Below, one piece after another: positions 42,607-51,571 of a stretch of 64,000 nucleotides of DNA. Made by a program: the position numbers and the translations under genes. The DNA is from Planctomycetota bacterium (GTDB lineage: Bacteria; Planctomycetota; UBA1135; UBA2386): assembly GCA_016713175.1 (NCBI GenBank), contig JADJPQ010000009.1:249652-313651 (forward strand), read 5' to 3'. Below the pieces are notes generated by a model that was not told the DNA's origin, did no database searches, and saw nothing but the letters and a program-made list of their open reading frames with translations. The stretch's first letter is position 1. Every line of letters starts with the position of its first letter.

Positions 42607-42677
42607 GCCCGAGAGGATTCGAACCTCTGACCTGCGGCTCCGGAGGCCGCCGCTCTATCCAGCTGAGCTACGGGCGC
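42601..42677 (-). tRNA. tRNA-Arg(CCG)
   Basis: GCGCCCGTAGCTCAGCTGGATAGAGCGGCGGCCTCCGGAGCCGCAGGTCAGAGGTTCGAATCCTCTCGGGCGTGCCA; anticodon loop CT-CCG-GA, TTCGAA T-loop, encoded CCA. Confidence 0.97.
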
Positions 42678-42897
42678 AGCCTGGGGAGACGTTCTTATCG
42701 ATGCGACCGAGCGAACACAACCCGTTCTTGCGGTTGTTGGCGACACGCTACGGCAACCCGGCGTCCCGCATCGGCCGGACTTCACAACTTGGCACCGCGG
42801 GGGGTTGTCGTTTGCCCGTTCCCACGGTTGGATATGCGGTGTGGTCCTTGAAACCTGGACCAACGGTGTGCCTATTCACCGAGGCATCTGTTTTCCC

Positions 42898-43785
42898 ATG
42901 TCGCAACGAGCGGTCACGGTTCTGGTCGCTGCCTGCCTCGCTGGCGCATTTTGCAGCCAGCTGGGTTCGCCGCGCGGTCAAGTCCTGGAGGCGGACCCCC
43001 CAGAAGCTTTCCGGGACAGCGACTTCGATTTCCTGCCAGACGACATCGAATGGGCGGTGCTGACCGACGCGCTGCGCCCGGACACCGACGGTGATGGGGT
43101 CGGTGACTTTGTCGAGGTCGTGCAACGCGGTTCACCGCGGGCTGTCGGTGCGCCGCGGCCGGCGGACCACGAGATGCGGATCATCGTCACCAGCTCGAGT
43201 TCACCCCTTTTGGGTGACGAGACCTGGCTGCACCTGTTGTTCCGGTTCGTCGATCAGCCGTCGTCGATGACGTCGTTCCGATCCTGGATCGAGTTCGGTT
43301 TGGCTCCTGGACTGCAGATTCCGCTCGACTCACTGGCGAGCGGTGGTGTCGTGTTCCGGTCTCGTTCGGTGCCGACCGAAGGCGAGCTGGTGTCGGTGTC
43401 GGTGCCGTTGGTCTCGTCCGCGACACTGAACCTGCTGTTGCCGTGCACGATCGTTGCTGAGGCTGGTTTCGGCACTCGTACGGTGCGGCATGGCGTGAAG
43501 TTGTTCGACCTGAACGGCACGACTGCGACTCTGGTGCCTTGGGACGATCGCTTCGCCGTCCAGACGTTGGCACCGTCACCATCCGAGCCGGGGTCCGACC
43601 CCAACAAGGTCTGCGTCCTGAGCCTCAGACCGGTGAGCGTGACTCCGGGCGGAATCGCCTTCGAAGTCGACGACGCGGATTGTGTCGACTGCAACGACCT
43701 GGAATGCGGTCAGGCGTGCGCGGACACCGAAGGCTGGGTGTTCATCGTCCCTGGCGGTCTGGGCACCATCACTGGCGGCGGCTGA
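42898..43785 (+). CDS. Secreted hypothetical protein with a DxDGDG Ca-binding-like motif and Cys-rich C-terminus
   Basis: Signal-like N-terminus; PDTDGDGVGDFVE; CVDCNDLECGQAC. Confidence 0.65.
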   Translation: MSQRAVTVLVAACLAGAFCSQLGSPRGQVLEADPPEAFRDSDFDFLPDDIEWAVLTDALRPDTDGDGVGDFVEVVQRGSPRAVGAPRPADHEMRIIVTSSSSPLLGDETWLHLLFRFVDQPSSMTSFRSWIEFGLAPGLQIPLDSLASGGVVFRSRSVPTEGELVSVSVPLVSSATLNLLLPCTIVAEAGFGTRTVRHGVKLFDLNGTTATLVPWDDRFAVQTLAPSPSEPGSDPNKVCVLSLRPVSVTPGGIAFEVDDADCVDCNDLECGQACADTEGWVFIVPGGLGTITGGG

Positions 43786-43806
43786 ACACGCGAGAGTCGC
43801 CATCGG

Positions 43807-44490
43807 TTGCAGATCCAGGGAACCCGCCAAGGCCCTGCGGACGTCGATCACCACGTGGAACTGGTTCGAGATCCGGATGCCGAACTGGTCGCCGCCTGCC
43901 GTCACCCCGAGTCGGACGGTTTCGAGGTGGCTTTCGAGGCTCTGTACACGCGTTATCGGGACCGCGCCTATTCGATCGCGCTGCGAGTCACCGGTTCATC
44001 CGCCGACGCCATGGACGTCGTCCAGGAGGCGTTCGGGCTGATCTTCCGCAAGTTGGACGGGTTCCGCTCGGACGCTCTCTTCAGCACCTGGTTGTTTCGG
44101 ATCGTGGTCAATTGCAGCATCGATCATCGCCGTCGCGAACGGGTCCGGACCCGCGTTGCGGAATCGGTCGACGAACATGGACTCGATCCGGAGGACCTGG
44201 CGGCCGGACCCCTGGAGGCGGCCGCCACGATTGAGCTCGCCGACCAGGTGCAGCACGCGATCCGGATGCTGAGCCCAAAGCTCAGCAGCATCCTGGCGCT
44301 GCGTTACCTGGAGGAAATGAGCTACGAACAGCTTGCTGCCACGCTCGGGTTGTCGCTCGGGACCGTGAAGTCGCGTCTGGCGCGCGCCCACCTCGCTCTC
44401 GAAAACGTCGTCCGTGAACACTTCCCGCAGCTCGACCTGGGCGCGGCAGCTGATTTGACCGGTGGTAACGTGGAAGGCGGTGCTGCATGA
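43807..44490 (+). CDS. ECF RNA polymerase sigma factor (RpoE-like)
   Basis: AFEALYTRY, DAMDVVQE, FSTWLFRIVVNCSID, SYEQLA..LGLSLGTVKSRLARA; start TTG 43807 or GTG 43855. Confidence 0.92.
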   Translation: MQIQGTRQGPADVDHHVELVRDPDAELVAACRHPESDGFEVAFEALYTRYRDRAYSIALRVTGSSADAMDVVQEAFGLIFRKLDGFRSDALFSTWLFRIVVNCSIDHRRRERVRTRVAESVDEHGLDPEDLAAGPLEAAATIELADQVQHAIRMLSPKLSSILALRYLEEMSYEQLAATLGLSLGTVKSRLARAHLALENVVREHFPQLDLGAAADLTGGNVEGGAA

Positions 44491-45083
44491 GTTCCGTTCG
44501 TCCGGATATGTCCCCGGAGTGTCGGCGCATTCTGGCCGAGCTGCCGGAGAGCCTCGTCGCGCTGGAGATGCCTGGGCACGCCCGGATCTGCGTGAGCTGC
44601 GCGGCCCGATGGCAGGCCGCGTGCAGGTTGGCGGGCTGGCTGCGCCAACGACCGCCGATTCCGGATGCCCTGCTGGGTCCGGCTGGCTTTGAGGCCGTCG
44701 TCGACCGCCTCGTTGCGGAGGCCGAACGGGCGCCGCTTGGGCGGACATTGGCGACGGTTCTGGTGCAAACGCCGGCCCCAACGACCGAATCAGTGCCGGC
44801 GACCGAGTTGTGCCGGCGTCTTCTGGCGACACCGGTTCCAGCCCCGGCGCAGCTTTGGCCCAGGGTTCGTCATGAAGTGAACCGCCAGGTTGCCGGGCAG
44901 CTGTGGCCGATGCGCCGTCTGTGGCTGGCGGGAGTCGCCGGTGCTGCAGCCTTGGTGTTTGGCCTGCTGGTTCTCGATCGCCAGGGAACCCAAGTGCAGG
45001 TGGCAATCGTCTTTGAGGACATGACCGTCGCGCCGGACATCGCTATCATGCCGGTGTCCGTGCTGCGGTCGAACCTGCGCTGA
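44487..45083 (+). CDS. Anti-sigma factor, ZAS type, single TM
   Basis: HARICVSC (HxxxCxxC); TM LWLAGVAGAAALVFGLLVL; ATGA overlap with the sigma gene. Confidence 0.75.
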   Translation: MSSVRPDMSPECRRILAELPESLVALEMPGHARICVSCAARWQAACRLAGWLRQRPPIPDALLGPAGFEAVVDRLVAEAERAPLGRTLATVLVQTPAPTTESVPATELCRRLLATPVPAPAQLWPRVRHEVNRQVAGQLWPMRRLWLAGVAGAAALVFGLLVLDRQGTQVQVAIVFEDMTVAPDIAIMPVSVLRSNLR

Positions 45084-45114
45084 TCGTCCGTTATCCTCCC
45101 CGTCCACCCGTTCC

Positions 45115-46239
45115 ATGCTGAGTCCGCGAGCCAAATCCGCGATTGTCCCGATCTTGTCGGGCTTGCTGGCTGGGGTGGCCATGGCTCCAGTCGGTGTCGG
45201 TCAGGCTCCGGTCGTGGCGGCAACGGAGCAGGCGCCGGCCATCCAGCAGGCATCCGACATCACGTTGGATCTGCTGCAGCGCGTCATGCAAGGGACGCCG
45301 TTCCGGGTCCGGCAGGTGCGCCGGTTCTTGCAACCCGACGACACCATGGTCGGCGTCATCGAGGATCTGACCTGCAACGGCGATCCGACGCAGCCGCGCT
45401 TCGACATCGACTTCATCAGCGTGGAGGGAACGGCGCCCTCGCCGCAGGCGACCGGTCAATGGAGTGCTACCTACGCGACGAACGGTTCGCTGCTGCACGA
45501 ACACGGCGGCTTCCGGGTCCGTGATCTCCGGGCTGCGCGCATTCACTACTCGATGAACCACTTCGGTCGCTCGATGCGGGGTGGCCAACCGGTTTGGTGG
45601 GTGGTGATCGCCCCGAACTCGCGGGACAAGGCGAGTTGGGTACTGGCACTCGACGAACAGTCCGCATTGCCGGTCTACCAGGCGCAGATCGATCCACGTG
45701 GTCGGTTGTTGGGTGAAATCGACGTTCGTCAGTTGAGTCTGACGACTTCACCTCAGGCCAGCTGGTGGACGCCGGTGCTGGCCGTCTCCAGGTTCAGTAC
45801 GGCCGAGGCGGCCAGGGTCGCGATGACCGCGCCGCAAGCCCGCGGGGTCGGGTCGGGGTTGCTGGTTCCGGCGATCGACCAGGTGATGCCCGAGTATTCT
45901 CTGTACCTGGCGCAAGTCACCGCGGATCCGGCGAATGGACAACAGACGATGGTACTCGGCTACACCGATGGCATCGATGAGTTCTTCGTGCTGCAGAGTC
46001 CCGGCGTCGCCGATCCGTTCGCCGGCCTGCCGGTCGGGACCGCCCGCCCGACGACCAAGGCTAGCGGTCCGATCCGTTCCGACCGTGAGATGGCGATCGC
46101 GCGGTACGAGGATTCGAGCCTGCGCGTGTATCTGTTCCAGCGGAACAGCGTAATGGTCCGGATCGCCGGCAACGGCAGTCTGGTGCGACTGAACGACGTT
46201 GCGCTCCGGATCGCCCAGCAGGCAGTCACCGGCGTATGA
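45115..46239 (+). CDS. MucB/RseB-like periplasmic protein
   Basis: Signal peptide; WVLALDEQSALPVYQAQIDPRGRLL and LGYTDGIDEFFV recall RseB N- and C-domain motifs; follows sigma/anti-sigma. Confidence 0.6.
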   Translation: MLSPRAKSAIVPILSGLLAGVAMAPVGVGQAPVVAATEQAPAIQQASDITLDLLQRVMQGTPFRVRQVRRFLQPDDTMVGVIEDLTCNGDPTQPRFDIDFISVEGTAPSPQATGQWSATYATNGSLLHEHGGFRVRDLRAARIHYSMNHFGRSMRGGQPVWWVVIAPNSRDKASWVLALDEQSALPVYQAQIDPRGRLLGEIDVRQLSLTTSPQASWWTPVLAVSRFSTAEAARVAMTAPQARGVGSGLLVPAIDQVMPEYSLYLAQVTADPANGQQTMVLGYTDGIDEFFVLQSPGVADPFAGLPVGTARPTTKASGPIRSDREMAIARYEDSSLRVYLFQRNSVMVRIAGNGSLVRLNDVALRIAQQAVTGV

Positions 46240-46304
46240 CGGTCCCCGACGTCAGGTGCTGGCGCCGTCCACCCGCAACTGCCGCTTGACCTGCCCCATG
46301 CTCG

Positions 46305-46365
46305 TGGTCGCTTGCTTGCGACCAAGTCCGGCGCCAAGGACGGTTGGCGTCGCGATCTTGCGACG
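46305..46365. promoter_or_regulatory. Two dyad sites GTCGC-N6-GCGAC (candidate enhancer/UAS)
   Basis: 46307-46322 and 46349-46364; centres 42 bp apart. Confidence 0.5.
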
Positions 46366-46460
46366 ACCGTCGTCGACCGAGGTCGACCTCGGGCCTCCAA
46401 GCGGCTCGGGGATCCCATCGCACCGGCGGTTCACTTCGCAGCCGCGGTTGCCACGGAACC

Positions 46461-46476
46461 TGGCACGCGTGGTGCT
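46461..46476 (+). promoter_or_regulatory. Candidate sigma54 -24/-12 promoter
   Basis: TGGCACGCGTGGTGCT: GG-N10-GC, close to TGGCACG-N4-TTGCW; 32 nt before ATG 46508. Confidence 0.55.
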
Positions 46477-46507
46477 CCTGGTTGGCACCAACCCGAACAC
46501 CGAGACG

Positions 46508-46936
46508 ATGGAATCCAACAACGACAAGTCCAACCAGCCCGAGGCCCTTGGTTCCGCGGAATACCGCGCGCGACTGACGACCAAGCTGAACTGCCTGATC
46601 GCGGTCCTCGAGGTGGCGATCTCCAAGATCTCGAAGAGCATGGATTTGCCGGGTGCGAACGAGGAGCGGCTGCTGAAGATCCGCAGCAACCTCGAGAACA
46701 CCCTGTCCATCTGCCACCGCGCCAAGCAGACCCTCGAGCGGACCGGCGCCACGGCCACGCGTTCGCTGACCAACCGTTCCGCCAACGGTGATCGCGCCAA
46801 GATGACCGCGCGCGACTACGTCGAACTGTCGAGCATCGACGAGTATCGGAAGTTCAAGCGGATGACGCCGATCGCCAAGGGCGAAGTCGAGAGTGTCGAC
46901 TTCGACGAACTGGCGCGCCGGCTCAGCGACATGTGA
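46508..46936 (+). CDS. Hypothetical helical protein
   Basis: Strongly biased codon usage; 142 aa; predicted helical hairpin plus C-terminal ELSSIDEYRKF segment. Confidence 0.75.
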   Translation: MESNNDKSNQPEALGSAEYRARLTTKLNCLIAVLEVAISKISKSMDLPGANEERLLKIRSNLENTLSICHRAKQTLERTGATATRSLTNRSANGDRAKMTARDYVELSSIDEYRKFKRMTPIAKGEVESVDFDELARRLSDM

Positions 46937-46946
46937 ACCGCGGGGA

Positions 46947-47978
46947 CTACTTGCCTTGGCCCGGCGCCTGCAACCGTTGCCGTAGGCGGCCGGCGGTCTC
47001 CTCCGAAAGCCCGCTCTCGCGAGCGATCAGCTTGCCCTCGGCATCGAACAACAGCAGTGTCGGCAGCGCCGCGAACAGGTGCACCTTGCTGCTGAACGCC
47101 AGATCGGCCGCGAACAACGTGTAGCCGATCTTCTGTTCGCTGCGAAACGCCGTGAGCGCTTCGCGACGCTTGCCGGGATCTCGTGTGCGTTCCATGCAGG
47201 CAGCGACGATCTGCAGGCCTGCGTGGTCCTTGCGCAGACCCTCCAGCAGGGCCGCGGTCCGTCCCGCCTCCTGATCCCAGGTCGTGGTCAGCGCGAGCAA
47301 CACCGGCTTGCCACGCATCGCTTTGAACGCCACCGGCTTGCCGTCGAGGTCCTCGGTCTCGAAGTCGAAGCCGGTGTCGCCGTTCCCCGGCATGAAGATC
47401 TTGCCGTCCGGAACCTGTTCCTTGGCGACCGCAGCCTTTTCTTTGTCATCGTCGCGCTGTTTCTGGGTCGTGTCCGGCTTGTCGAGTTCGAGTGCCTTGC
47501 GGATCCAGCCTTCGATCTGGTCCTCGTCACCGTCCTGGAAGCCCACCCGGGTCTCGTCGTGCACGAGCCCCTTCTTGAACAGCAGCAGCGTCGGGTAACC
47601 GCTGAAGCCGGGCACCTGATCGCGCACCGCCGCTTCCCCGATCGCCAGCGAGTAGGTGATGCGGTTGCCGACAGCGAACTCGCGCACGGTCTCGACCGCC
47701 TCGCCACCGCCATCGGCCTGGTAGTTGAACCCCATGATCTCGACGCCGTGGTGCTTGTAGCGCTCGTACAGGTCGACGAGTTTCGGGATCGCTGCCCGGC
47801 ATGGCGGACACCAGGTGCCCCACAGGTCGACGATCAGTACGTTGTCCTTGAACGTGTCCTGGGTGATCGCCTGGCCACCGAGTGTGCGACAGGAGAACGC
47901 GAAGTTGGTCAGCTTGGCGGGTTCCTGGGCTGGCAGCGCGGCCAGGCCCAGCATCAGCACGAAAAGTCGAACGTGCAT
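46947..47978 (-). CDS. TlpA/redoxin family protein with two thioredoxin-like domains
   Basis: Signal peptide; DLWGTWCPPCR in domain 1; domain 2 (LALTTTWDQE...LPTLLLFDAEGK) lacks CxxC. Confidence 0.85.
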   Translation of the reverse strand: MHVRLFVLMLGLAALPAQEPAKLTNFAFSCRTLGGQAITQDTFKDNVLIVDLWGTWCPPCRAAIPKLVDLYERYKHHGVEIMGFNYQADGGGEAVETVREFAVGNRITYSLAIGEAAVRDQVPGFSGYPTLLLFKKGLVHDETRVGFQDGDEDQIEGWIRKALELDKPDTTQKQRDDDKEKAAVAKEQVPDGKIFMPGNGDTGFDFETEDLDGKPVAFKAMRGKPVLLALTTTWDQEAGRTAALLEGLRKDHAGLQIVAACMERTRDPGKRREALTAFRSEQKIGYTLFAADLAFSSKVHLFAALPTLLLFDAEGKLIARESGLSEETAGRLRQRLQAPGQGK

Positions 47979-48089
47979 CGTGGGGATTCCTCTGGCGCCA
48001 TGATCCCGGTGCCGTCACGGGTTGCAACCCACCCTGCCGCGGAGCTTCACCGCAGCATGCCGATTTGCCGATCCAGGAATGGGAGAGGC

Positions 48090-49421
48090 ATGACCACAGC
48101 ACTGGCAGTCGGAAGGGTGAACCAGGTGGCCAATCGGGCCCGGGTCCACGTCGTGGCGAGCGCCGGCAACTTGACGGCGATCGTGGAGAATCTCGGGCGG
48201 CTGGGGCACGAGGTCTTCGAGTTCCCCGACGTCGCGACCGCGGCGCAGGCGGCGCAGGCTGCGGCGCCCGATCTGCTGTTGATCGACCAGGCGGTGGCCA
48301 AAGCGATGACCGCACGGCCGGAATGGCCGACCCTGGTGGTCACCGACGAACCACGCCACGGCCAGGACGACGGAGGCTTCGGTGTCGTGTCGCGTGGCGC
48401 CGGCATCGAGTTGCTGGCGCCCCTGGTCCATCTTGCGATCGAAGTCCACCAGCGTGACTTGCGGTTGGCCGAGCTGGAACGGCTGACGGAAGGCATGCGC
48501 GACGGCGGGGCCCTGGTCGGCCGCAGTCCGGCCGTGCGGCGGCTGCAGGGCGTCATGCGACGTGCCGCGGACAGTGATGCGACGGTGCTGATCGAGGGAC
48601 CGGCAGGCGCTGGCAAGTCGCTGGTGGCGCGGATCCTGCACTGCAAGAGTCGCCGCGGGCACCGGGCGCTGGTCGTGGTCGACGGCGGGTCCGCGGACGC
48701 CGACGGGATGGCCGCAGCGATCGAGCAGGCCCGGGGCTCCACGCTGGTGATCGAGGACATCGGTCAGTTGCCGCAGCCGGCTCAGGCACTTGTCGTGCGC
48801 CACCTGAAGGAACGTCCGCCGTCCGGTTCACCGGATCAGATCGCGCGCGTGATCGCGACCACATCGGCGCACCTGCCGGAAATGGTCGCTCGCGGCGCAT
48901 TCCGCGAGGATCTCTACTACCGCTTGCACGCCCTGCCGATCGTGGTGCCGTCGTTGCGCGAGCGACCTGAAGACGTTGGCGTGATCGCCAGCGCGATTCT
49001 CGACAGCTGCGCGCCTCGCGGCGGGCAACGCCCGGCCGGGTTCACCGCCACCGCGTTGATCCTGTTGGAGAGCCTGCCATGGCCGGGCAATGTCGCGCAG
49101 CTCGAGAACGTCATTCGCCGGGCTCACGCGCTGGCCGGCGGCGGTCCGATCGATCGCGTGCACCTGCTCGGTCCGTCGACCGGACTGGACGCCGATGGTG
49201 AACCCCGCGCACGCCGGGCGGCCCCCACCCAGGAAGCCGCCGACGACAGCGGGGAGATCGGCGAGGACGCGATCCGACCGTTCGACGAGGAAGAACAACG
49301 ACTGCTGTCTCGCGCACTGCGCGCCACCAAGGGAAATGTCCGGCGTGCCGCGCAGCTGCTCGCGATCGGCCGGGCGACGCTGTATCGGAAGATCCAGCAG
49401 TACAAGCTGCGGCTGCAGTAG
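48090..49421 (+). CDS. NtrC/Fis-family transcriptional regulator, atypical (no GAFTGA)
   Basis: LVGRSPAVRRL, GPAGAGKS, FREDLYYRL, PSLRERPEDV, WPGNVAQLEN, Fis HTH (GNVRRAAQLLAIGRATLYRKI); RBS GGAGAGG. Confidence 0.88.
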   Translation: MTTALAVGRVNQVANRARVHVVASAGNLTAIVENLGRLGHEVFEFPDVATAAQAAQAAAPDLLLIDQAVAKAMTARPEWPTLVVTDEPRHGQDDGGFGVVSRGAGIELLAPLVHLAIEVHQRDLRLAELERLTEGMRDGGALVGRSPAVRRLQGVMRRAADSDATVLIEGPAGAGKSLVARILHCKSRRGHRALVVVDGGSADADGMAAAIEQARGSTLVIEDIGQLPQPAQALVVRHLKERPPSGSPDQIARVIATTSAHLPEMVARGAFREDLYYRLHALPIVVPSLRERPEDVGVIASAILDSCAPRGGQRPAGFTATALILLESLPWPGNVAQLENVIRRAHALAGGGPIDRVHLLGPSTGLDADGEPRARRAAPTQEAADDSGEIGEDAIRPFDEEEQRLLSRALRATKGNVRRAAQLLAIGRATLYRKIQQYKLRLQ

Positions 49422-49448
49422 GCGTCGTCTGCCGGTATCCTGTCCGGC

Positions 49449-50093
49449 GTGGCGGCCCCGATTCCCATCGTCCACACGGACGACCACCTGCTGATCGTCG
49501 CCAAGCCCGCCGGTCTGCTCACCGTGCCTGCGCCGGGGCGACCGGGGGTCAATCTGATCGATCGGCTGCGCGGAGAGACTGGCTTGCCAGTCCAGGCCGT
49601 GCACCGGCTCGACCAGGACACCACCGGTGCGCTGGTGGTGGCGATCACCGATGTCGGTCGGGCCGGCCTCGAGACATTGTTCCGAGAGCATCGGATCGAG
49701 CGTGTCTACCTGGCTCTGGTGGCGTCCATGCCGTCGCCGGCGGCGGGGCGCATCGAAGCGCGCCTCCAGGAGGATGACGGGGTCATGCGGGTGGTGCCTC
49801 ATGGCGGCGAACTGGCGATCACCGAGTACCGCGCACTCGATCGGCGACGCGCGGGGGTGTTGGTCGAGTGCCGCCTGCACACCGGCAAGCGCAACCAGAT
49901 CCGCGCCCACCTTGCGGCGCTCGGTTGTCCGCTGGTCGGCGACCGAAAGTACGGCTACCGCGCTCGCAGCGGCACGGCGCGGTCGCGTTACCTGCTGCAC
50001 TCCTGGCGACTCGCGTTCACGCACCCGGTGACGGCGACACCGATCTCGGTGACGGTACCACCGGAGGAAGGCGAGTTGCGCCCCACCACGTGA
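49449..50093 (+). CDS. RluA-family pseudouridine synthase
   Basis: KPAGL, HRLDQDTTG (catalytic Asp), TGKRNQIRAHL, PLVGDRKYG, LHSWRLAF.HP. Confidence 0.93.
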   Translation: MAAPIPIVHTDDHLLIVAKPAGLLTVPAPGRPGVNLIDRLRGETGLPVQAVHRLDQDTTGALVVAITDVGRAGLETLFREHRIERVYLALVASMPSPAAGRIEARLQEDDGVMRVVPHGGELAITEYRALDRRRAGVLVECRLHTGKRNQIRAHLAALGCPLVGDRKYGYRARSGTARSRYLLHSWRLAFTHPVTATPISVTVPPEEGELRPTT

Positions 50094-50157
50094 CTGCATG
50101 AAGTCTTGCTGGCATGGGTTGTTGAACACCCTTGCGGACGACTAGAATGGCTGCCCG

Positions 50158-51510
50158 GTGCGCGTCCCACCTCGCGTCTCCCAGAGGTCGTTGTTCGACT
50201 TCTTGTCGACCACCGGACTGCCGCTGGTGTCCAGCCTGGCGTCGTCCGTGCGGTTGACCGCTTCGTTGCTCGCGGTTGTCGGCGGTGCCTACGGGGTTTT
50301 CGCCTTGTTGTGGTTGCCGGACGGCTGGTGGAACGCGGAACTGCCGTGGTCAGGCGCGCTGCCTTCCCTCGCGGCCACCCCGTTCTATGTGCTGGCCTGG
50401 TCATGCGCTCGGCAGGAACGGATTCAGGCTGCGGGCAAGGCTCTGTTCACCGCCCTGTTCCTGCTGTCGATGCTCGCCACCTGGCCGCGGGGCGCATTCT
50501 GCCCGGCCTGGTACATGCAGCCGTTCCTCGCCCTGATGGCGACGTGCAGCCTTGGCGTCGTCCCGGGTCTGTCGGCGACGCTCCTGGTCGTCGCCGCAAT
50601 GCTCGCCGCCGGGTTCGCGGCGCCGCAAGATGCGCTGTCGAGCGTGCTAGCGCCGGATCTGTGGACGCACACGCTGAGCCTCGCTGCGGTGACACTCGCT
50701 TCCGCGCTGGCGGGGGCGATGCTGCACAAACTGCTGCTGGCGGCGTTGCTGGCGGCGGAGGCACAGCGACTGGCAAACTACGATTCGCGGCGTGCCCTGC
50801 GCTATCGCGAACGGCTGCTGCGACATGCGATGCGGGTCGAGACCGTCGGCGATCTGGCCGGCATGGTGTCGCACCAGCTGCGCAACACGTTCCAGATCCT
50901 GGGCGGTCACGTGGCGTTCGGAATCAGCGGAGATGACGGCGAACGCAACCAGCGTCTGTTGGCGATCGGGCGCACCCTCGAGGACTCGCGGCCGCTGCTG
51001 GATCAATTGATGACCCTCGCCCACACGGACGAAGGCCGGGCTGAGCCGGTCGATCTTGGCGAAGTGGTCGAACAGTTCTGCGCGCAGGCGCACCTGGTGA
51101 TGCCCTCGTCCATTGCGCTGGAACATCGGCGGTCGCCGCAGTCCCTGCCAGCCTTCCTGAATCCCCGTGGGCTCGAGCACGCGCTATGGAATCTGGTCAT
51201 CAACGCTCGCCAGGCCATGCCCCACGGGGGACGCATCGTCGTGGCAACGGCCGCGGATGGTGGCTGCGCGCGAGTCGAGGTCAGCGACAGTGGCACAGGC
51301 ATTCCGCCCGAGATCCAGAGCCGCATCTTCGACCCCTACTTCACGACGAAACCTCCCGGTCAAGGAACGGGCCTGGGCCTCGCGGCGGTGACGCGGTTCA
51401 TGCGTGCGAGCAGTGGTGCCATCCAACTGGAGAGCAGCTCAGAGCAAGGCACCCGGTTCTCGTTGGCATTTCCGCTGCGCCAGGAACAGACCGAGCGCCA
51501 GAGTGCCTGA
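50158..51510 (+). CDS. Membrane-bound sensor histidine kinase (orphan)
   Basis: About 6 TM; H-box VSHQLRN; NLVINARQAM; DSGTGI; IFDPYFTTK; GTGLGL. Confidence 0.92.
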   Translation: MRVPPRVSQRSLFDFLSTTGLPLVSSLASSVRLTASLLAVVGGAYGVFALLWLPDGWWNAELPWSGALPSLAATPFYVLAWSCARQERIQAAGKALFTALFLLSMLATWPRGAFCPAWYMQPFLALMATCSLGVVPGLSATLLVVAAMLAAGFAAPQDALSSVLAPDLWTHTLSLAAVTLASALAGAMLHKLLLAALLAAEAQRLANYDSRRALRYRERLLRHAMRVETVGDLAGMVSHQLRNTFQILGGHVAFGISGDDGERNQRLLAIGRTLEDSRPLLDQLMTLAHTDEGRAEPVDLGEVVEQFCAQAHLVMPSSIALEHRRSPQSLPAFLNPRGLEHALWNLVINARQAMPHGGRIVVATAADGGCARVEVSDSGTGIPPEIQSRIFDPYFTTKPPGQGTGLGLAAVTRFMRASSGAIQLESSSEQGTRFSLAFPLRQEQTERQSA

Positions 51511-51571
51511 AATCGTGATCTCCGGCAGTGGGTGCGGTGAGATCGCGGTTCCGACGCCGAAGCGGGGTCGA

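Noticed and set aside
42601-42677. tRNA-Arg as an integration site of a genomic island
   Set aside because: No integrase and no duplicated tRNA 3' end (att) noticed in the window.
47079-48089. Apparent 780-aa extended NtrC ORF
   Set aside because: The extension is antisense to the TlpA gene; an RBS supports ATG 48090.
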